DNA of 64,000 nucleotides from an uncultured Eubacteriales bacterium (GTDB lineage Bacteria; Bacillota_I; Bacilli_A; Acholeplasmatales; Anaeroplasmataceae): NCBI GenBank assembly GCA_963605425.1, contig CAVCUQ010000005.1, positions 3,460 to 67,459 of the forward strand, read 5' to 3'. Shown piece by piece: positions 58,260 to 64,000 of this stretch (position 1 is its first letter; each line of letters starts with the position of its first letter). The notes under the pieces were generated by a model. It saw only the letters and a program-made list of their open reading frames with translations, ran no database searches and was not told where the DNA came from. The position numbers and the translations under genes were made by a program.

Positions 58260-59639
58260 ATGGAGGAAAGAAAAGTACAATTCCGTGCTATTAAACAAGA
58301 TTATTCTGGTAAGGGAATTGTAAATTATAAGAATAAGAATTATAGATTTCCAAATCTAATTGTAAATGAGGAAGCTATATTTAATGTAGAAAAATTTAAT
58401 CAAAAAGAACCACTTAAGTTAGATAAAATAGTTAAATTATCCGATATAAGATGTAAGGCAGAATGTCCTAACTTTGGAAGTTGTCCTTTATGTACATATT
58501 CTCACCTCCCTTATTCTAAGGAAATAGAATTAAAAGAAGCATATGTAAAGGATTTATTTTCAAAGATTAGAGATTTTAAGTTTGTACCTACTAGAAAAGC
58601 AGAACAACTTGAACATTATCAAAACAAAACTAATTTATTTGCATCCAAATCTAAGGCAGGTAAATTTAGTTTAGGTTTCTTTAATAAAGATACTAATTCT
58701 ATTTATAATATTACTGAATGTAATTTGGCTCACTCTTCTTTTAATAAATTAAGCATTTTAATTAATAGAGTCTTTTCATCAGTTGAACCTTATGATTCTA
58801 AGACTAGAAAAGGTGTAATTAAATCAGTACTTATTCGTTACACAAGTAAAGAAGTGATGGTTATAATTAATACTAATGGTATTGATTTACCTAAAAAAGA
58901 AGTACTTGTAAAAGAATTAATTAATGCTAAATTAAATGTAACTAATGTAATTCAAAATTATAGTGAACGTGTCGGATCTAAGTTTGAAGAAAAGACGAGA
59001 ATTTTATATGGTCAAGGTTATATATTTGAAGATACTCATGGTATTAAATACAGAATCTCTTCTAAATCATTCTATGATTCGAATACCGAGATGACTTTTG
59101 CATTATATAACGATGCGATTAAACTTGCAGGTATCAAGGAAAATGATAAGGTTTTAACATTATTTAGTCAAATTGGTGTTTTACCAATATTACTTGATAA
59201 AGAAAAAGCTATAGTTATAGCTCAGGATTCTAATAAGTTTAATATTTCTGATTTAGAAACTAACTTTAAGCTAAATAAAGTAAAAAGAGCTGAAACTATG
59301 TCCCTTGAAGCGCCTAAGGCTTTAAGAGAGGTTAGATTAAGTAAAAGACAAATTGATACTGTTTTTGTTGAACCATCTGATTTAGGTATCTCTAATGAAC
59401 TAATTTTAGAATTAATTAAATTAAACCCAAAAAGATTGGTTTATATTTCTCATAATGCAAAAACTAGTGAGAAGGATACTTTTAATTTAGGACAAAGCGG
59501 TTATTTCCTTAAAAAGCAAGAAATTGTTGATACAAACCCTCGTGTTTTTGAAATATCAAGTATTTTATTATTTGAATCTAAGATAAAAAATCAAGTCAAG
59601 GAAGAAAAAGATTATTCTAAGAAAAGAATAAAAAGGTAA
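58260..59639 (+). CDS. RumA/TrmA-family (m5U RNA methyltransferase) homolog with degenerate catalytic motifs
   Basis: The Fe-S Cys motif CPNFGSCPLC is retained. The SAM motif reads VLTLFSQIGV, motif IV reads VFVEPSDLG, and the nucleophile motif reads VYISHNAKT (no Cys). Confidence 0.65.
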   Translation: MEERKVQFRAIKQDYSGKGIVNYKNKNYRFPNLIVNEEAIFNVEKFNQKEPLKLDKIVKLSDIRCKAECPNFGSCPLCTYSHLPYSKEIELKEAYVKDLFSKIRDFKFVPTRKAEQLEHYQNKTNLFASKSKAGKFSLGFFNKDTNSIYNITECNLAHSSFNKLSILINRVFSSVEPYDSKTRKGVIKSVLIRYTSKEVMVIINTNGIDLPKKEVLVKELINAKLNVTNVIQNYSERVGSKFEEKTRILYGQGYIFEDTHGIKYRISSKSFYDSNTEMTFALYNDAIKLAGIKENDKVLTLFSQIGVLPILLDKEKAIVIAQDSNKFNISDLETNFKLNKVKRAETMSLEAPKALREVRLSKRQIDTVFVEPSDLGISNELILELIKLNPKRLVYISHNAKTSEKDTFNLGQSGYFLKKQEIVDTNPRVFEISSILLFESKIKNQVKEEKDYSKKRIKR

Positions 59640-59642
59640 TTA

Positions 59643-59810
59643 ATGATATATATAATGGCTTTAATTGTAATTATAACGCTAGTAGTATGTATGGTTGCTA
59701 ATTTTGTAATCTATTTATTAGTTAGAAATAAAAAATACGATGATGGACTTGATGATGTAGATTTAGATATAATTAACAGATTTGACACTGAAGACGATGA
59801 TTTATATTAA
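59643..59810 (+). CDS. 55-aa small membrane protein with an acidic C-terminal tail
   Basis: MIYIMALIVIITLVVCMVANFVIYLLVRNKKYDDGLDDVDLDIINRFDTEDDDLY. Starts 4 nt after the preceding gene and is followed by a terminator. Confidence 0.4.
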   Translation: MIYIMALIVIITLVVCMVANFVIYLLVRNKKYDDGLDDVDLDIINRFDTEDDDLY

Positions 59811-59838
59811 AAAAATGGAGTTTTAAACTCCATTTTTT
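59811..59838. terminator. bidirectional hairpin terminator between convergent genes
   Basis: AAAAATGGAGT-TTTAA-ACTCCATTTTT. Confidence 0.75.
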
Positions 59839-61015
59839 ATTTTACTCTAAGTACAACGCACTTAAGATATAATTGTTCTTCACCAGAAAGAAGAGCTGGG
59901 TGGTCTATTGATTGAACTCTAAAATCTATAAATTGAACTTCTCTTTTAGAATCAACAGCGGCTTCTTTTAGCATTTGCATAAATAAATCACTTGTCATAT
60001 TTTGACTACAAGAATATGTAAGTAAATATCCACCATTTTTAATTAGTTTTAAGGCTTGAAGATTGATTTCCTTATAACCTTTATAAGCTTTTTTAATAGT
60101 ATCTTTAGTTTTAGTAAAAGCAGGTGGGTCTAAGATAATAGTATCAAACTTATCTTTGAGTGAACTATCACGTAATAATTCAAATACATCACAACACTTT
60201 GTTTTTAGATTTGTAAAATTATTAAGTTCAGCATTTAATTCAATTTCATGACAAGCCCGCTCGGAAATATCACATGCAAGAACTTCCTTAGCACCATGTT
60301 TAGCTGCGTTTAATGCAAAACCACCAACATTTGAAAAAGCATCTAGTACATATCTATCTTTAACATAATATTTGACGTTATCTCTATTTAGTTTTTGATC
60401 TAGAAAATATCCAGTTTTTTGACCATTTTCTACATCGACATAGAATTTAATATTATTTTCATGTACAAGAACTCTTGTATCAAATGTTCCGTATAAAGGA
60501 CCTTTAACTTGTTCTAAACCTTCCTTTAATCTTACAGGCATATCACTACGTTCATAAATACCACGAGGATTAATAAGCTCAACTAGGATATCAACAATAT
60601 CATTTTTGATTTTATCCATGCCAAGTGACATAAATTGAACTGATAAGATATCATCATATTTATCGACGATAAGACCAGGAAGATAATCAGCTTCAGAAAA
60701 GATAAGACGAGCACAGTTAGAATCAGTAAATAAATTTTCTCTATGTTTTAAAGCGTATTTAATACGTTCTTTAAAGAAATCTTTGTTTATAACATCACTC
60801 TCATTTAATGATAAAATACGAATCATTATTTTTGAATTAGTGTTTAAGAATCCGTAACATACAAACTTTCTTTCAAATGATTCGACTCTTACTACTTCAC
60901 CATTTTGAATAGAACCAACAAATGAATTAATCTCATTATTATAAATCCAAGGGAAACCTTCTAGTTTTTCCTTTTCTTCATATCTATTTAATACAACAGT
61001 AAGCATTCTATTCAC
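59837..61015 (-). CDS. class I SAM-dependent rRNA methyltransferase with PUA-like N-terminal domain (RlmI/YwbD-like)
   Basis: Motifs GFPWIYNNEI, VLDAFSNVGGFALNAA and TIILDPPAF. Confidence 0.8.
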   Translation of the reverse strand: MNRMLTVVLNRYEEKEKLEGFPWIYNNEINSFVGSIQNGEVVRVESFERKFVCYGFLNTNSKIMIRILSLNESDVINKDFFKERIKYALKHRENLFTDSNCARLIFSEADYLPGLIVDKYDDILSVQFMSLGMDKIKNDIVDILVELINPRGIYERSDMPVRLKEGLEQVKGPLYGTFDTRVLVHENNIKFYVDVENGQKTGYFLDQKLNRDNVKYYVKDRYVLDAFSNVGGFALNAAKHGAKEVLACDISERACHEIELNAELNNFTNLKTKCCDVFELLRDSSLKDKFDTIILDPPAFTKTKDTIKKAYKGYKEINLQALKLIKNGGYLLTYSCSQNMTSDLFMQMLKEAAVDSKREVQFIDFRVQSIDHPALLSGEEQLYLKCVVLRVK

Positions 61016-61898
61016 CTAGGAATTTTTCTATTTCTTCATAAACTAAATCTTTATTATCTTCATTTAAGATTTCATGTCTCATATGATCAAATTGTGCATG
61101 TTTTAAATTGTCAAAACCTTGTCTATTTAAATCAGAAACGGTTTGTTTATAACCTTTAGTTCCGCCAATTACAGGGTCATCTTTACCACTTAGAAGAAGA
61201 ATAGGCATATTTACAACATTAGTACTCTTCTTTATATGTAAACCTTTAACTAAACGACATAAATCTTTATAGGCACTACATGTGAAATATACACCACATA
61301 GAGGGTCATTGTTATAGTTATCAATATTAGTTTTACTATAAGAAACCCAGTCAGCGTCGCTCTTTCTATTTTTAACAGCCTTAATATAAGGTCCGAGTGT
61401 TGCATTGTCTAAGATTTTAGATTTACCATTGTTAGTCTTAAAGAAAGAGATAAATCCAGCAAGACCAAGACCTAGACTAGCAGCCCATTGATAAGGAGGG
61501 AATCCTGATAATATTACCTTAGAATAGCTTGATGAGTTATTAATTAAAACATTTCTTGCAATAATAGAACCCATTGAGTGAGCGAATAAAATAATATTAT
61601 TAATGTGAAGTACATTTTGAATGTAATTAGTTATAGTAACTTGATCGGATATTAATAATAAATGACCATTCTTTTTTGCAAAATAACCTAAAGTACTAGC
61701 GTTTTTACCATGTCCTCTAAGGTCACTTGTTACAACAGAATATCCTAATTTATTCATTCTTTTTGCAAATTCAACATATCTATCTTGATGTTCCATCATA
61801 CCGTGAACAACTTGGATACATCCTTTAGGATTTTCTGCATTATATATTTTAATATAAATAGTTTCGTTATCTATACCTTTAATTTTTGTATAATCCAT
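61008..61898 (-). CDS. alpha/beta hydrolase (lysophospholipase/monoacylglycerol lipase-like)
   Basis: Motifs HGMMEH, nucleophile elbow AHSMGS, and C-terminal DHMRHEI. Confidence 0.75.
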   Translation of the reverse strand: MDYTKIKGIDNETIYIKIYNAENPKGCIQVVHGMMEHQDRYVEFAKRMNKLGYSVVTSDLRGHGKNASTLGYFAKKNGHLLLISDQVTITNYIQNVLHINNIILFAHSMGSIIARNVLINNSSSYSKVILSGFPPYQWAASLGLGLAGFISFFKTNNGKSKILDNATLGPYIKAVKNRKSDADWVSYSKTNIDNYNNDPLCGVYFTCSAYKDLCRLVKGLHIKKSTNVVNMPILLLSGKDDPVIGGTKGYKQTVSDLNRQGFDNLKHAQFDHMRHEILNEDNKDLVYEEIEKFLGE

Positions 61899-61908
61899 AA
61901 TTTACCTC

Positions 61909-63567
61909 CTAAATAAAGCTAAATAGAGGAAGAACAATAGGTTTACGACCTGATTTTTCTTTAACTATTTTAGATAAGTAATCTGTTAATTCTTTTTGAA
62001 TCTGAGGATAAGTTAATTTTTGATTAGCCAAGCATCTTACTAAATAAATCTTAGCTTCATTAACAAGCTCACTAGTTAATTCTTCAGCTTCCTTCATGTA
62101 AACAAAACCACGAGATACAACTTGAGGTTCTAAGGCGATACGTCTTGTTTTTTCTTCAATAGTGAAGATTAAACTAAATAGTCCGTCATCTGATAAAGAT
62201 TTTCTTTCATGAATTATAGAACTATCTAAGTCAGATACAGCACCATCAATATAAATATCAGCTGCAGGAACCTTACCAGCTTGTTTAACTTCATGATTTG
62301 ACATTTCAAGAACATCACCATTAGATAAAACGAATAAGTTTTCAGGATTTAATCCACATTCAATTGCAAGTTCACCACTTGTCTTAAGCATTCTATATTC
62401 ACCATGAATTGGCATATGATACTTAGGGCGAAGAAGAGTTTGAAGTAACATTAAATCTCCTTGGGCAGCGTGTCCTGATGTATGAGTATCAGTGATAGGT
62501 GAGTGAGTAATTACATTACAACCATTCTTAAATAATAAGTTGATTGTATTATTAACACCAACTTGATTACCAGGAATAGGGCTTGATGAGAAGATTACGG
62601 TATCACCTGGGTGCAATTTAACAAATCTATGTGTTCCTTGAGCTATCTTCGATAAAGCAGCTAGAGGTTCACCTTGAGATCCTGTACAAATAATAACTAG
62701 TTCATGATCTTTATAATTCTTAATATCTTCAGTATTAATAAAAGTAGTAGGACTAGCTTTAATGTAACCTATTGATTGAGCCACTTCAATTGTCTTAACC
62801 ATAGAACGACCAAATATAGCAATCTTTCTATTTGTAGCTACGGCAGCTTCTACGATTTGTTCAACTCTATAAATGTTAGATGCGAAAGTAGCTACTAAGA
62901 TACGTGAGTGGATATGTTTAAATAAGTCTAGGATATTTCTACCGATAATCTTTTCGCTCTTAGTATAACCTGGAACACAAGCATTAGTAGAGTCTGATAA
63001 AAGTAAATCAAGGCCATCAGAACCAAGTTTAGCAAGTTTATTAAATTCAGTATTAGGTCCATTTGGAGTCATATCAAATTTAAAGTCACCAGTGTGGAAA
63101 ATAGTACCTTCTTTAGTTTTTACAACTATACCAAAGGTATCAGGTACTGAGTGAGTCATACGAATAAATGATATTTCCATTCCATCAAATTTATATAAAC
63201 TATCAGCTTTGAATTCAACTATTTCTGGAACTCTAATATCTTTATGTTCCTCTAATTTGTTTTTAATTAAAGAAATGGTAACTCCACCAGCATAAATTTT
63301 AGGTACACTAATTTCTTTTAAGAAGAAAGGAATACCTCCGATATGGTCTTCATGACCATGAGTTATAAAAAGACCTACAATTTTATCTTGTTTATCTTTT
63401 AAATATTCAAAACTTGGAATTACATAATCAACACCAAGTAAATGTTCATCAGGGAATAATATACCGCAGTCAATAATTACAATTTGGTTATTGTATTCAA
63501 TACAATACATATTTTTACCAACTTCAAGCATACCACCTAATGCAAAAATTCTTACACTATTATTCAT
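61909..63567 (-). CDS. rnj: ribonuclease J
   Basis: Metallo-beta-lactamase motif THGHEDHIGG, beta-CASP domain and C-terminal domain; 552 aa. Confidence 0.9.
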   Translation of the reverse strand: MNNSVRIFALGGMLEVGKNMYCIEYNNQIVIIDCGILFPDEHLLGVDYVIPSFEYLKDKQDKIVGLFITHGHEDHIGGIPFFLKEISVPKIYAGGVTISLIKNKLEEHKDIRVPEIVEFKADSLYKFDGMEISFIRMTHSVPDTFGIVVKTKEGTIFHTGDFKFDMTPNGPNTEFNKLAKLGSDGLDLLLSDSTNACVPGYTKSEKIIGRNILDLFKHIHSRILVATFASNIYRVEQIVEAAVATNRKIAIFGRSMVKTIEVAQSIGYIKASPTTFINTEDIKNYKDHELVIICTGSQGEPLAALSKIAQGTHRFVKLHPGDTVIFSSSPIPGNQVGVNNTINLLFKNGCNVITHSPITDTHTSGHAAQGDLMLLQTLLRPKYHMPIHGEYRMLKTSGELAIECGLNPENLFVLSNGDVLEMSNHEVKQAGKVPAADIYIDGAVSDLDSSIIHERKSLSDDGLFSLIFTIEEKTRRIALEPQVVSRGFVYMKEAEELTSELVNEAKIYLVRCLANQKLTYPQIQKELTDYLSKIVKEKSGRKPIVLPLFSFI

Positions 63568-63788
63568 TTTAATTCTCCTTTTTTTATAAATTTGTAAGGT
63601 GTAATAGAAAAAGCTATTACTATTGATTTATTTTTTAATTCCTTTTAAGCATCTAGGAAAAAGCCCAGATAAAAAATTATAAAAATTTGAATTAATTATA
63701 TTATAATTAATAAATTATTGCAATTGTTTTATAGAGTTAGGTATGATATAATCATAAAGGATTTTTTGAAAGAAAAGAGGTATATTAT

Positions 63789-64000
63789 ATGAGAGCTAGT
63801 CAAATGTTAATAGCTACATCAAAAGAAGCTCCAGCTGAAGCTAAAATTGTATCTCATCAATTATTACTTAGAGCTGGTTATATGAAGAATGAAGTAGCAG
63901 GAGTTTACAACTATTTACCGCTTGGCCTTCGTGTAATAAATAAAATAGAAAAAGTTATAAGAGAAGAAATGGATAAGTCAGGAGCTAATGAAATATTATG
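63789..64000 (+). CDS. proS: proline--tRNA ligase, 5' part (continues beyond the window)
   Basis: Open frame to the window end. [32 protein letters not shown]...[22 protein letters not shown] matches the bacterial ProRS N-terminus. Confidence 0.85.
   Translation, partial: MRASQMLIATSKEAPAEAKIVSHQLLLRAGYMKNEVAGVYNYLPLGLRVINKIEKVIREEMDKSGANEIL

Noticed and set aside
63568-63788. Possible T-box leader upstream of proS.
   Set aside because: The interval is only ~220 nt and is shared with the divergent rnj promoter. I see no T-box sequence (AANNNGGGTGGNACCGCG-like), no specifier-loop architecture and no terminator.

Overview
This is a very AT-rich, gene-dense bacterial chromosome segment. It uses the standard genetic code: TGA ends several genes, for example at 2168, 12988 and 32752. 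Almost all genes from 19.4 to 53.5 kb are on the + strand. The gene content looks like a Bacillota/Mollicutes-related lineage with a reduced genome. Supporting points are a ClpB without an N-domain behind a CIRCE-like operator, many lipoproteins, and giant surface proteins anchored by C-terminal TM helices with no LPXTG.

Housekeeping content:
- a preQ1-riboswitch-controlled queD-queE-folE-queC-queF operon
- YitT, MATE, DJ-1, a P-type ATPase and a MacB-like ABC fusion
- tRNA-Cys, glpK, yqeY, patatin and an M32 carboxypeptidase
- ybeY-cdd-era-recO
- clpB, a ZnuA-like lipoprotein behind a Fur-family-type box, an SGNH hydrolase, RNA methyltransferases, RNase J and the proS 5' end

Accessory content:
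- a 5'-truncated PD-(D/E)XK nuclease at the window edge
- a frameshifted RelB/DinJ antitoxin remnant
- a PD-(D/E)XK nuclease two-gene cassette
- an Abi_2 abortive-infection gene with a GC-rich structured leader, next to a decayed AlbA_2/HATPase_c_4-type gene

The most notable feature is a ~24 kb block downstream of an unusual tRNA-Glu(CUC). Its core is a tightly packed 20 kb operon (32915-53202). It encodes a VirD4-type coupling protein, a VirB3-VirB4 fusion ATPase, a VirB6/TrbL-like membrane protein, a pilin-like two-TM protein, two lipoproteins and two giant surface proteins (1559 aa Big_2 array, 2525 aa). I could find no relaxase, recombinase or cell-wall hydrolase in it.

All calls rest on motif reading by eye. 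No searches were run.
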